Of a DNA stretch of 64,000 nt, positions 25,415 through 37,968 are shown in pieces. The stretch is taken from positions 118,896,150 through 118,960,149 of the forward strand of contig JASCQW010000061.1 in the NCBI GenBank assembly GCA_030264375.1. The letters run 5' to 3'. Made by a program: the position numbers and the translations under genes. The notes beneath the pieces were generated by a model. It ran no database searches, was not told the origin of the DNA, and was given only the letters and a program-made list of their open reading frames with translations. The DNA comes from Carcharhinus longimanus. Taxonomy: Eukaryota. The stretch's first letter is position 1, and each line of letters opens with the position of its first letter.

Positions 25415-28400
25415 TTGAGTGGGGATAAACTAACCATTATAAAGTTAATGAGTGGAAACGAGAGAGTAGAAATAAAAGGGTCATTTGCAGGATGGCAGGC
25501 TGTGATTAGTTGGTTACAGCAAAGTTCAATGCTTAGGCTCCAGCTATTCACAATCAATATGAATGATTTAGATGTGGGGTCCAAATGTAATATTTCCAAT
25601 TTTGTTGATGAAGCAAAACAAGGTGGGAATGAGAGTTGTGAGGAGGATGCAAGAGGAATTAGGCAAGTTAAGTGAATGGGAAAGAACATGGCAAATGTTA
25701 TATATTTTGATAGAAAAAATAAAAATGTCAAATATTTCTTGAATCGGAAGTAATTGGGGAATGTTGAAGACTAAAGTGAGTTCTTGTTCATAGGTCACTA
25801 AAAGCTAACATATAGTTACAACAAGAAATTAGGAATGCAAATGGTATGTTAGCCTTTCTTGCAAAATGATTAGAATACAGGAATGAGGCAGTATTGCTGC
25901 AGTTTTGAGTAGAGCCTTGGTGAGACCACACCTGGCGTATTGTGCATAGTTTTGGTCTCCTCACTGAAAGAAAGATATGTAGATCATAGAGGGAGTGCAT
26001 CAAAGGTTCATCAGACTAATCCCTTGGATGGCAAGATTTTCCTATGAGGGTAGATTGAGAACATTCTGGAAGAGGCTCTAGTATGTGCAGGAGCTATAAG
26101 AATGAGAGGTGACCTCATTGAATCTTAGAGTTTTGCAGGGTGGATGCAGGAAGAATATTTCCCTTGTTTGGGGGCAGGGAAGTTGTTTTTGAAACCATAA
26201 GAGTCTCGGAATAAGAGAGAGGCCCCAGATAAGACTCAGGTGAAATGGAATTTCTTCACGCGGGGTGGTGAATGCTTGGCTACCTGTAACCCAGAAGGCT
26301 GAGGTGACTTATTCATTGAGTATATTCTAAGCAAAAGTCAATAGGTTTCTAAATATCTATGTGCAGATAGTGCGTGAAGATGTCATTGAGGTAGAAGATC
26401 AGCCATGATCTAGTTGAATGGCAGAACAGACTTAAGGGGCCAAATGGCTTGTTCCTGCTCTGGCATGTGGTTTCCGTTATATAAGCTGGAAAATAAGAAA
26501 ATGGATTGAACAGTTGTATTATTTTATGAAAATCATACTTGGAAATTTTATGTTTGAATATTTTCTCATAAAAATGCTAAATCAATTGGCTGCAAGTCTC
26601 CATATGTGAACTTGCATTTTGAATATTGTATTTTCAAAACTATTGTCACTTTTTTCTAAAGTCAGATCTCTTTTCAGTAAATTCTCAATTTACATTTGAA
26701 TGCGTGTTGGCAATTTTCAGTTTCTTGCATCACTTTATCCAAAGTGCCCATCACCAAGTACTTTATCTAACATATACTTTGTGATTTGATGAAAATAACT
26801 CAAGCAAAGAAAATAAATAACCTTTCGATGACCCGAGAATTTACTGATAGATATTGTGTTTGCTTATTATTTAGCTGACTTTTTTTTATTAAAGTTTGGG
26901 ACATTTATTAAAAGCAAACCAGCAGATATTATCAAAGCCGCACCAAAGCAAAGGATTTCGATCAGTATTAGAGTCATAGATTGTATTGCCAATACAAATG
27001 TCAGTAAGTGTAATGAGTAGCCATTGATTAACGAATGAATGCAAATGCAATTTGCTGCCTGCTTTTACAGTGGATGTGGGGTGTGTGGTCCCCATAAAAA
27101 TACTGGACTCTTGTTTTAAATAGAAGAAAAGTGCATGGGACCAGCACCAATGTTGATTTCACGAAAGCAGTTGGGTGGATAAGTGAACCTGCTTGTTTAA
27201 GTTATTGAAAGCCCCCAACAGAGGGTGTGAAGGTTGTCTTCATCAGCTGCACCTGCATTCTACAGGCACTTGTCAACATTTTTGCATTATAAATTCTTAA
27301 GCATATATTTATCATAGAAACTGCCTGTGCAAGGTTATACTGTAATTACACCTTTCTGCCTGTTGAGGTGCTATCACACCATTATTGTCAGGAAGTTCTA
27401 ATTGTAGCATGACTAGTTTACATTGGCAGTTTGTGCTGATTTATAAATGTAAACAAAACTAATAGAAATATAGACATAAGGACACAATGTGAGACTCTGA
27501 AATGGAAACTGAATCAATCATATATTTCAATTATCACCAGTCTTTTATCTCAGTAGAGCACTGCACTTGATCTTGGCTCCAGTCTGCAATGACATGAAAA
27601 GTTGATTCGTAATGTTACTGTGATAAGATAATGGATTGGACCAAGTCAGATGATGTTGGTCTCAGATTGGTTTGTTTAAACGGTTTTTGTTCCACTTTCA
27701 GTCAGACACCAACAGATGAAATATGTGCTAGTGATTTTACCTCTTCTGCTTTCTGACACGATTTCAACACCATGACCTTAGTTTTACGGTTATGTACTTG
27801 GAGAAGCTTATGATTTTTAAATGAATGTTTTGCCAAGCCAAGCAGGAATTCTTAATATTTTGCTGTGTCATTTCTTTTGTCTTCAGTGTTTTTACTGTAT
27901 ATATTGATTTGATGTGAGCAATACTGCTGAATTGGCATAAGGCACTACCAGATGCCTCAATTGTAGAGATTTCATGCGAGCCTGGACAGCGCATGCGAGT
28001 GCGCATCACAACTAAACCCAGCTGTTTTCACCCAACATATATATTTGCAGGGAGATCACTAAATGCTGATTAAAAGTGAGCAACTTAATTTTTTTCCCCC
28101 ATAACTCAAGAGTGCTGAGGCAAGTTGCACTGTCTGTGTCAGGGCAGATGGTTGACTTTGCAGGTAGAAAATCAAACCGGGTTAATGTGGCTCACCTACT
28201 CAATGAACAAATTCATGAGACATCATGTAAACGTTTCCATATTCTTCACCTGAGCTTTTCTGGCGAGGAGGGTTGATTTATTTTATTCCCTACTGTCATC
28301 AGTCCTACTATTATTTCAGGTAACTTTGACTAAAAGCGCTCTAGTCTCCTCATTTTTGTCTTGGCACCAACTCTGTTCCATTAAATGACAAAATAAAGAG

Positions 28401-31209
28401 CTGTTGCAAGTTGTTGAAGTAGAGCAAGTCAGTTAAAAGACGAGTGTTAATAAGAGACATGGCTATTGTGTTTGAGGCTGTGATGGTCCAGTTACCACTG
28501 AAATTCATCGACGACAGCGATGATAACTAGATTGGACTTGCCACAGGACAGGATACAGGATGAGATCTGATGATGAGAAATTGTGAAGAGTGGGATGTTG
28601 ACCAGTGGCTGTGGTTCAGCCATATGTCATTTGCCAAACATTCCTATGAGAAATTCACGGAGAATTTTACCAAACTTGTTTCGAATTTACGGACAGTGCT
28701 CGATTACTCGAAAGTGAAGCAGGGACTTAAATTTCCGAGCCCCAGCATTGGCAAAAGAGAGAGGAGTTTCCACGGTGATACTGAATGGCAGGCAGTGGAG
28801 CTCCATATGTGGACATGTACGTCAGAAGCTGGGCCAAGAGAAATCCACGGCCGCAGTTCCCAGTGCTGGCAAGGAAAGGATGCATTCACCAGGGGAGGAG
28901 AGGGGAGAGTAGCCCAGAGATTCAGAGAATGGTGCCTCGAACATTGTATGCCCTTTCTAAAACTGGGGCTTGGAGTGTGACCCACGCAATCTCTAACCCC
29001 CAGTATTTCTGCAGCAGGTTGCAGCACAGTTCCACAGTTCTCATGGCACACTGGTGGAAAACCATTGATCAGGGGGGCATAGGCGAACAAGGAGAACTGA
29101 CATCTGTAGAACATAGATCTATGGCTTCAGGAGACTAAGGGAACAAAAGAAATACACAGATAATTTCGAGAAGTGTGCACTTTGGCATATTGTATTACTT
29201 TGATCCATACATTGAATTTTGTTGCTTTAAATTTTGTTTCACAGTGAACTGAATTCTTGGATCTGAATCCTTGCTATAGTATTGAAACAATGTATTTGTC
29301 ATGGCAACATTGGCATTTTTTGGAATGGCTGACAATTTCATTGCTTGATCGATTTTCAGATCAACTCGTTCTCAGCCTGTTCATGGCCATAGATTTGCAT
29401 AAGCATTAACTATATTTTCTTGTCGCTTCAATCCTTTTTTTTATAATTTGCGCTGAACAAGAAAGCCAAAACTGCTTTCTTTCATACCTAGCAAAATTGA
29501 GGTGATGTTTGTGTAAATGTAGCTTAATTCCTCAACAATTGACAATTTTTCATTAATTTCAGATAATTGTAATTGAAGGATATTCTACATTTGTTGAGGA
29601 TTCTGCAGGGGTCACAGTGATGTCTTGATTCAGAATCTTTCTATAAATGTACAATATTTTAAAATGATAGCAAGAGCCATGTAGTTTACAAGCTAAGCAA
29701 CACTAATTTAGGATTATAATCACCATTGCTTCCCAGCACATGCCACAAAGGCTATTCCATATTTTATGAATTTAGTTTCACAAGATAACATAAACATTGA
29801 TCAAAATAAGCATTACTGGTAAAGTTTGTAATAACATGAGACCAGAACATGGAATTTATCAAAATAATTGAGGGAGCTGGAAGATCAACTTGCTAAAAAT
29901 CATGATTTTTATTATTATGAATATATTGCTTATTTTTAAAGATCAAGGAAACAGATGTCTTAATTGTACGGGCAATACATAATATTTTACAAAAAAAAGG
30001 GAGAGAAAATAGTATGGAAAATATGGAGCGAGGTAACAAGCCATTGCTGATGGCTTCCCTATAAAAGCAATGTTTATGCCTTCACTGAATCTTGCATCAG
30101 TATTATCTTGAAAAACGTTGCTGTATGATACGAAGCAGATGTTTAATCAGTCGCAACAGTGTTTTGTACAAGTTGTTTTATAGGATTTATTTTGAGCATG
30201 AAAGAAGTAATTTATAAATGCTACAGCTGCAAGTCAATCAAACTATTTTCCCAAGTGAAAACTGGTATTGGGCCACTGCTGATGTGTTATTCAAATGCGT
30301 ATTTCAGTCTTCTGTGAGGATGATAAACATTTGTGTGAGATTTTGCAAATTGTCTTGGTTTCCATGGTAGTAAAGCTTGATCTATCTTTTAATAACCATC
30401 TTCTTCCAGTGATGATGCAAATTTGGTACTTCTTGAACTTCGTTAATGCTGTGGTTACCTTTGGTTCTAAATGTGTTTGACGCAATATGAAATAAGTCAG
30501 AAATACTCTGAAAATATTAGAAGTGTATGATTGTTGTACTTCTCTTGTTTCCTTTGTGTTTTGATTTGTACGAGAGAGATGCAGAAGTCAACCATTTCAT
30601 ATTCTGTTTCAAAAGCACAGGTGACCTGAATCATAGCTATTACTTTACAGGTACAGAGTTTTGAGACTGGCGATTAAATTAAAATCTCATCCTCCTCTTA
30701 GCGTTCTGATTTATTTTAGAGGTTTAAATTCTGATGAGTAAGTTAATTGTAAATGTGCAAGTAAAAACAGTAAAATTATCATCATTTCGCCTGAGAGCAG
30801 GTAATGTGTTTACATTTAGAGTACGGGGAATAACAAACATAACACAGAGGCTGCCACTATCTCTGAGGATTTCAAACTAAAATTGGGCAACAACACTTAA
30901 CTGGGATCTGTTTAACCAATGATGAAAATAGTGGTGTTGAACAGAATGCCAATGGAACTGATTATTTAGTCCTCTTGACAGATTAGGTTGATTTTAACAA
31001 AAACAAATGCCATCTCTGGTGTCAAATGTCAGCCTCTTAAAACAATTTAGAAGTAATTATTTTTATGTCTATTGTTGAGGTGAACAATGTTGTAATTCTT
31101 GATACATGAGAGAATAATTTGCATTCTATTTTCACCTGTTATACTTATTGTATTATGTTGTATTTGTTTTAGTGAATACTGAAATTATTATCTGGTGTAG
31201 ACTTTGACA

Positions 31210-32270
31210 GTGTTTCTGAGATGTTGACTTCTTTCCTCTGCAGAGAATTTTCCTCTTATCATTAACAGGGCCTTCGATATTGCCACATTTCCCACATGCT
31301 CTCAGTCCTTCTCCTCCTCCCTCTCAGAATCACAGTGGGGTTCCCTTTGTTCCCACCTTCCAACTCACCAGTCTCCATATTCAGGGTGTTATTTTCCATC
31401 CCGTTCAGTGTGATGTGACCACCAAACACATCTTCCCCTTTTCAGCTATCCCTGCATTGTACCATGTCCACACCTTACTCACCCCCAAAACTCTGTGCTC
31501 TTCCCATGGTACCCTTTCATGCAAGTACAGGGGATGTAGCACCTGCAATTTTATCTCTCTCACCTTACCGTCCAAGGCAGCAAATAACTGCTTCCAAGTA
31601 AAGCAGTGATTGATGTGTACTTATCTCAATTTAATCTGCTGCTTACAATGTGTTCTCTACATTAAGAGACGAAATGTAGATTGTGAGACCACTTTGAGGA
31701 ACACATCCATTCAGTCCACAAATGTGATCCCAAGCTTCCTGTGGCCTGTCATTTTCGTCCTCCATCTTGTTCTCTCAGTGATATCTTTGTCCTTGTCCTG
31801 TTGTACTGTTCCAATGAAGCTCCTCATAAGCTGGAAGAACAGCACCCCATACTTTGATTAAGCACCTTAAAACCTTCCGGGTTCAACATTGAATAAAACA
31901 ATTTTAGATCATAAGCTCTATCCCCTTATTTTGTTTCATTTCATATGTTTTGTTTTTTCTTATTTTTGCTTTCAAACAGTTGTACACCTGCTCAAGGCAT
32001 TCTTTTTTTCCTATTTTTGTTTCCCCAGTAAGACTAAATTTCTGTCATTCAACCCCTCCTTCCTTCCTTCCTCTACAGACCTTTGCTTTTGTCCTTGACT
32101 TACCCACTCTGCGCTCAAACCTACTACAACTCCAACTTTTCCCAGTTATGATGAGAGGTAATGGATCTTCAGGTTTTCTCTATAGATGCTGCAAAAGCTG
32201 CTGAGTATTTTCCAGTGTTTTCTGTTTTATTTTGGTGTGGTTTTCAACATCTGGAGTATTCTGCTTCCTA
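31210..32270 (+). mobile_element. Penelope-like element 3' half (linker, GIY-YIG endonuclease, terminal repeat), decayed
   Basis: GVPFVPTFQLTSLHIQ..TTKHIFP..GTLSCKYRGCSTC and CTYLNLICCLQCVLYI (GIY-YIG-like), pyrimidine-rich UTR, terminus gatgctgcaaaagctgctgagtattttccag. Confidence 0.82.
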
Positions 32271-32274
32271 ACCA

Positions 32275-32740
32275 TTCCTAGCCTCAATCCGTTTTAATTA
32301 TGTATTTTCTGTACCATCTTTTACATTCATGGTGCCCAATTCCTGTTTCTCTGATCCCCTCTAGCTTCAACTCCTGGTCTTTGATTTTCTGTTCCCTGAT
32401 CTATGCATATTCCTATGACATTTTGTCAAATTTCTGTGCTCTTCCTTTGATTCACTTCCTGAAATCTTTTGGCCTTCTGCTTTTGGTCTCCTTTTCATTC
32501 TTCCTTTCCTTTACTTTTAGCTTTTAGCTGCTTAAGCCCTGATCTCTGGAATTTCTTTCCTATGTCCTTTCAAGTCCTAACTTCAAGAATCGTTGTAGAT
32601 CCTTGCAGTCAACAAATATGCCTCCTAAATGCAATCCCCTTAGTTTGGCCTTTCATTCCTCTGATTATTATCACTATTATTTAAAGTGCCTTGGAACATG
32701 CTGTAAATTCAAAATACCATATTAATGCAGATTATTGCAG
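32275..32740 (+). mobile_element. L2 LINE 3' end, decayed
   Basis: Ends taaagtgccttggaacatg...accatattaatgcag; mirrors the antisense copy at 11650-12050. Confidence 0.55.
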
Positions 32741-33019
32741 CCTTGCCTTCCCAATTGTCACTCGGTGAGGTGTAGAGTTAAAATTTAAAAATAAGTTAAA
32801 TTTCAAACCCAACCTGCCTCACATCTTCCTGTTTCAGAGTGGAACAGTTTGAGGTGGTGGTGGGCAGAAGACCAAATTGGACCAGTGAGGTGGTTACCTC
32901 ATTTAAATATAGGCTGCATGCCTCTGATATGATGTCCCTCCTGATTTTAGCAGTTATTTGAACCATTGCTCACATTTTCTGGGGGCAGAGGCTCTGCTGT
33001 TGCAATGTACTGGTCCTCG

Positions 33020-33300
33020 AGACTTCTGTTATCTTTACTTTATGACCTCCTTTTGCCTTAATTCATTTTTGTCATTGAATCACTCCTATCTTCACTTTAT
33101 CATAGATCTGTCCTTTTGTTTTTTTCTTTCCAACCCCTTCCCCAACCTCTCTATTTGCTTATGTTATGTTACATCATTAACCTTTGCTAGTGCTAATCAA
33201 AGGCCAGTGATTTGAGTTGCCAGCTGTGTTTTTTTTTCCCCTCTCCGTGGATGCTGTTCGACTTCTGAACATTCCCAGCAGATTTTGTTTTGATTTTAGT
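33020..33300 (+). mobile_element. Penelope-like terminal fragment
   Basis: Pyrimidine-rich UTR, then ctctccgtggatgctgttcgacttctgaacattcccagcagattttgtttt, matching the 32170-32230 terminus. Confidence 0.55.
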
Positions 33301-33334
33301 GATAAAGCAGTCAGCACATGTATGTACAAATCAA

Positions 33335-33620
33335 GGTGGCAAAAGTGGTTAGCACTGCTGTCTCTCAGTGCCAGGTCGATTCCCGGCTTGGATCACTGTC
33401 TGTGTGGAGTCTGTACATTCTCCCCGTGTCTGCATGGGTTTCCTCCAGGTGCTCCAGTTTCCCGCCGCAGTCCGAAAGACATGCTGGTTCGGCGCATGGC
33501 CATGCTCAGTTCTCCCTCAGTGAGCCCAAACAGGTGTTGGAGTGTGCGAACTAGGGAATTTTCACAGTAACCTCGTTGCAATGTTAATGTAAGTCTACTT
33601 GTGACACTAATAAATTTTAA
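33335..33620 (+). mobile_element. V-SINE with third tail type
   Basis: HE1-like head and V domain, then tail ggaattttcacagtaacctcgttgcaatgttaatgtaagtctacttgtgacactaataaa. Confidence 0.8.
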
Positions 33621-36159
33621 AGAAAGATGCTCACAGCTCTCACTTCTTGAGTGGCTATTCTTTAATATAAGGAAAGATAAGAAGGGTTCCTCTTATATTA
33701 TTTCACACATTTTAAACGTCAATTTGCAAGTTTTCTAGGAGCCCCGGTGCAATTACGCTGCACTTGGGACAGACTGTCTACTGGAGATGGCCTTGCATCT
33801 TGCTGAACTACATTAGAATGCCAGGTTGCAAGCACGATATCATAACTTTATTCAACTTGCGGCTGAAACCCCTTCTCCGTAATGTGCGAGCTACATCTGA
33901 GTTTTAGATCATGTACTCTTACTTCCAAACTTCAAAATTAAATGAAAATTAAGAATTCTTATCTAATTTTGTGAAAATGTTCTCTTCTCACAATTGAGTT
34001 AGGTGAACATTACAAACAGTTAATCCTTTCCCTGACCTGATGAAGATATTTGATTTTTATGTTTTTGGGAATATAGTGAAGCTGCAGTTCCCTGAAACAA
34101 TTGAAATGTTAATGCATTACAATAGTATTTGCCAACTGCTGTAGACTGTTTAAAGTATTTTAATAAGCATGACTGTCTCTTGGCACAGCAAAGAACAAAG
34201 AACGTTGAGTTTTTTTTCTTGGAGATCATTATAATATTGTTCGCCGAATTTCATTGAATCTAACTTCCAGGCATGTGAATTATAATATGCCAGCTCTTCA
34301 CTGCCAGAAAGTATCCAAAATTGCAGATAAAGCTGAAAAACACTTTTGCAGTTGCTTTACTTCCTCATTTATCTACGTTTTATCCAGCTGCTGGAAGTTT
34401 GTTGAATGAAGCCAAGGTGACTCACTGACTTCAATGCTTGCATTAAGATTTTAGTTTAATGAGCATGTGAAACTTTTGTATTTTATCGGAGGAGAAATGC
34501 CCTTTCTCCCTCCAAACCTGGTATGAATCTATAGTGTACAATCTGAGTTCTTTTAATGCAAGGATGAAGTGCTGGGTGATCACAAGCCTGGTTGTTATCA
34601 TGGTAATTCAAGATGATGAATTCAGAGTATTGCACAAGTGTATTGCTGCGTCGGGGTATTGGCTCAAGAGTGTTTTTTATTAGTTTATCCTGAAGCATAT
34701 TGGCATCAATAGGCTAAACGAGATTAATGAAAACCCTATGATTGATTTTCCTCCCTGTGGGAAGTGGCTCGCACCTCCCTCCTGGCATGTCATAATTAGT
34801 AACTTACCATATGATTCCATCATATTGCTAACAATCTTGTGCTTTTTCTGAGTTGTGGGTTATAATGGTGCTTTGTCAGCAGTCTTGGCCAGAGTTTAGG
34901 AAACAGAGTTGTTCCTTGCAATATGAGCCTGTTCAGGGGGAAGAACTGGAAAATGGAACTTGACCCATAGAAGTAAAAGCTGCTGCAGCTTTCTGCTGGC
35001 TTTTCTCATCAATTTCCTTTACTCTGTTCCTGACTGCTTTTCCCACTCTTCACTACTGTTGCTATGTACCAAGCTGTTCTGTCTAACCTTCAGCTTGAGG
35101 ATTCCAGTTCTTTGCTGTTCCTGTGTGCTGACAAGTTACAGAATAAAGGGTTGGGGGATGGGGTGGTGGGAATAATGATTTGGCTATGCAGTGGTAGATT
35201 CAAAATAGAGAGCCAGCTACAAGTTGAATCAGTTATAAAGTTTTCTTTAAACAAGTGGAAACTGAACAAGTGTAAAATTTTTGAGCTGTAGTTTGATTAC
35301 ACCAGACAATTGTATCTTTGGGAACAGATAGAAATTGTGGGATCAGCATTATATCACTGGCAACATTATTAGGTTATTGGCATTTAATAATTCTATATTT
35401 TGTAGTTATATTGGTATTATTCTCTTAAAAAAAACTGAGCCTTGTGATTAACTTCCCCCTGTAGGGAGTAGCAAGAATCTCTCACCAATCGCATACTATT
35501 TTACACTCTGCTTTCTCATCTGTGCATTTTGCATTCTAGTACAAGTTGTTTTGAATGTTAATTGTTACAAAGCATGATTACAGAGTGGACAGCATGCTTT
35601 TAATAGAACTTAAAAATCTCTGCGATTTCCCCCGCCCCCATTTTGATGTAGAAATGTTGATGCATTTCTCAAAGGTTCAAAGACTATTCAACTTGTAAAG
35701 CTGTCAATCATTGATTATATTGCTGCAAGGATTTGATTTTGCTTGAGTGATCACAAATGGCAAAAGCAGGATCCAACCTGGGAGGTGATTTAAATGTGCA
35801 GAGATGACAGCTACTTTTAGTGGTGCAGATCTGATGTTGCCACAAAAGTACTCAATTCTGAAGAGGTGAAAGCACTGCAAATTTATCTTAAATGTCAAAA
35901 CAAGTTTTCAGGAGATTTTTTGTGCACGGGAGAAGTTATTTGCTTTGGTATTAGCTCGACCCAATTTTTCCATGTGTAATTATTATAAAAGATCATGTAA
36001 CTAAGTTTCTGTCTTGATGGATCATGAATTGTTAAATGTAAATGACAGGCTTAAAAAAATGAGACTAAGCTTCAATATGTGGTCAAATTGAAAAGATTTT
36101 CTTGTGTTCCTAATAACCATTGTTGGTGAAAAACCTCTAAATCTTTGGAGTGAATCTTT

Positions 36160-36425
36160 GGACCGGCTTCAGGTCACTGTTTGTGTAGAGTTTGCACATT
36201 CTCCCCGTGTCTGCGGCGTTTCCTCTAGGTGCGCCGGTTTCCTCCCGCAGTCTCCAAAGATGTGCGGGTTAGGTTGATTGGCCACGCTAAATTGACCCTA
36301 CTGTCAGGAAGATGAGCAGGGTAAATGAAGGTTATGGGAATAGGGCCTGGGTGGCATTGTGGTTGGTACAGACTTAATGGGCCAAATGGCCTCCATCTGC
36401 ACTATAGGGATTCTATGATTCCATG
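36160..36425 (+). mobile_element. HE1 V-SINE, 5'-truncated
   Basis: V domain gagtttgcacattctccccgtgtctgc and tail gggccaaatggcctccatctgcactatagggattctatgatt. Confidence 0.85.
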
Positions 36426-36714
36426 AAAACTATGGGGAGAGATAGAATTTAAGCCACAATTCCTTTGTACTGGAGTCACTCCTTCCATAATGCAATATTC
36501 CCCATTAAAGTCCATATGTTGAACGGCAGAAATTTCCTCTCTGGCTAGCGTTCTTGATGTTCCAAAATCTTCTGCCGTTTTAATTTTTTAGCAGCGTTCA
36601 TCATCATGTCGTGTTTCACTCCCAATCTGGATTTTCAACGTCTTAAGTCAACGAGAATAATGAATAAAAATGTTCTTTAAAGTAGGAAAAAATAGTCCAT
36701 CATGTGTATTTTTA

Positions 36715-37665
36715 AAAATTTGTTCCTGGAATGTGGGAGTAGCTGATGAGTTGCATTTGTAGATGATGCACACTGTCCTGATTGGTACCTTTTAGATGGT
36801 GGATAGGCTTTGGGAAATCAGGAGGTGAGTTATTCATTGCAGAATTCCTAACTTCTGACTCTTGTAACCACATGGTTACATGGACTTCAGCAAGGTGTTT
36901 GATAAGGTCCCCCATGCAAGACTTCTTGAGAAGGTGAGAGGGCATGGGATCCNNNNNNNNNNNNNNNNNNNNNNNNNNNNNNNNNNNNNNNNNNNNNNNN
37001 NNNNNNNNNNNNNNNNNNNNNNNNNNNNNNNNNNNNNNNNNNNNNNNNNNNNNNNNNNNNNNNNNNNNNNNNNNNNNNNNNNNNNNNNNNNNNNNNNNNN
37101 NNNNNNNNNNNNNNNNNNNNNNNNNNNNNNNNNNNNNNNNNNNNNNNNNNNNNNNNNNNNNNNNNNNNNNNNNNNNNNNNNNNNNNNNNNNNNNNNNNNN
37201 NNNNNNAAGAACTCTTGGAAAAATGTCACGGGACTGAAATCACTGAACTTCAATAACCACAACCATCTTCCTTTGTGCTAGCTATGACTCCAACCAGTGG
37301 AGTGTTTTCCCCCAATTCCCATTGACTTTGGTAGGGCCCATGATGCCACATTTGGTCAAATGCTGCCTTGGTGTCAAAGGCAATCACTCGAACCTCACCT
37401 CCTGGAGGTCAGCTTTTTAGTCCATGTCTGGGCAAAGCTGTAGTGAGGTCCAGAATGGAATGGCCCAGGTGGAACCCAAACTGAGCATTTGTGAGCAAGT
37501 TACTGCTGAGTTAGCACCGCTTGATAGCACTATTGACAATACCTTCCATCACTTTGCTGATGATCGAAAGTAGACTGATGGGGTGGTAATTGGCTGAGTT
37601 GGATTTGTTCTGCTTTCTGTGTACATGACATGCTTGGGCAATTTTCCACGTTGTCGGGTAGATGC
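36715..37665 (-). mobile_element. CR1-like LINE fragment, interrupted by a young sense CR1 (36880-36952, then gap)
   Basis: Antisense fragments collinear with 42620-43290 and 51540-52020. The inserted piece reads MDFSKVFDKVPHARLLEKVRGHGI. Confidence 0.72.
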
Positions 37666-37968
37666 CAAGTACAGTGTCTCAAATCTGGCTGTTCGCAAAC
37701 CGGAGTTGCCAAAAAAACAGACACTTTTATAATCCATACGTCAATTTTAGCTGAGTAATTTAAAAAGTAACTTAGCCGGATAACTTTGGCTAGATGCTGC
37801 ACTGGCATAATGTGGCCCATGACCAGTTATCAATTTTGCCGCTTCGAATGCAGTTCTATCTTGTGCTTCAAGCAATACTTAACTCCATCTGACCCAAAAT
37901 CCAGCAACGTCCCAAAAACCCAGCAGAGTCTCGGTCCGGTGATTGCTGGATTTAGAATACTGTACTTG
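37666..37968. mobile_element. MITE, probably Tc1/mariner-pogo type
   Basis: Perfect 10-bp terminal inverted repeat caagtacagt / actgtacttg, extending imperfectly inward (..aaatctggc / gctggattt..). TA flanks the right end. Confidence 0.55.

Larger units (their letters stand above)
20815..26470 (+). mobile_element. Long decayed CR1 LINE (ORF1 esterase-like, APE, RT, 3' UTR) with several nested insertions
   Basis: ORF1-like DTVLCSHERESRKLCCL..RVRDI (20823-21020). APE-like FCLNACSI..ITETWL (~21445-21550). RT QHSFMKGKSRLSNQLEF..VDFRKTFDK (24029-24280) and FTINMNDLDVG..SNFVDE (25540-25620). 3' UTR gatcagccatgatctagttgaatggc at ~26400. Confidence 0.88.

Noticed and set aside
28570-29138. Three overlapping 117-136 aa ORFs in a GC-richer block
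   Set aside because: No recognisable protein or convincing splice sites. The right end (ggcacactggtggaaaaccattg) hints at a hAT-type terminus but I could not find its partner.
30408-30511. Possible C/D-box snoRNA (gtgatga...ctga)
   Set aside because: No terminal stem and no recognisable rRNA-complementary guide; such boxes arise by chance in AT-rich introns.
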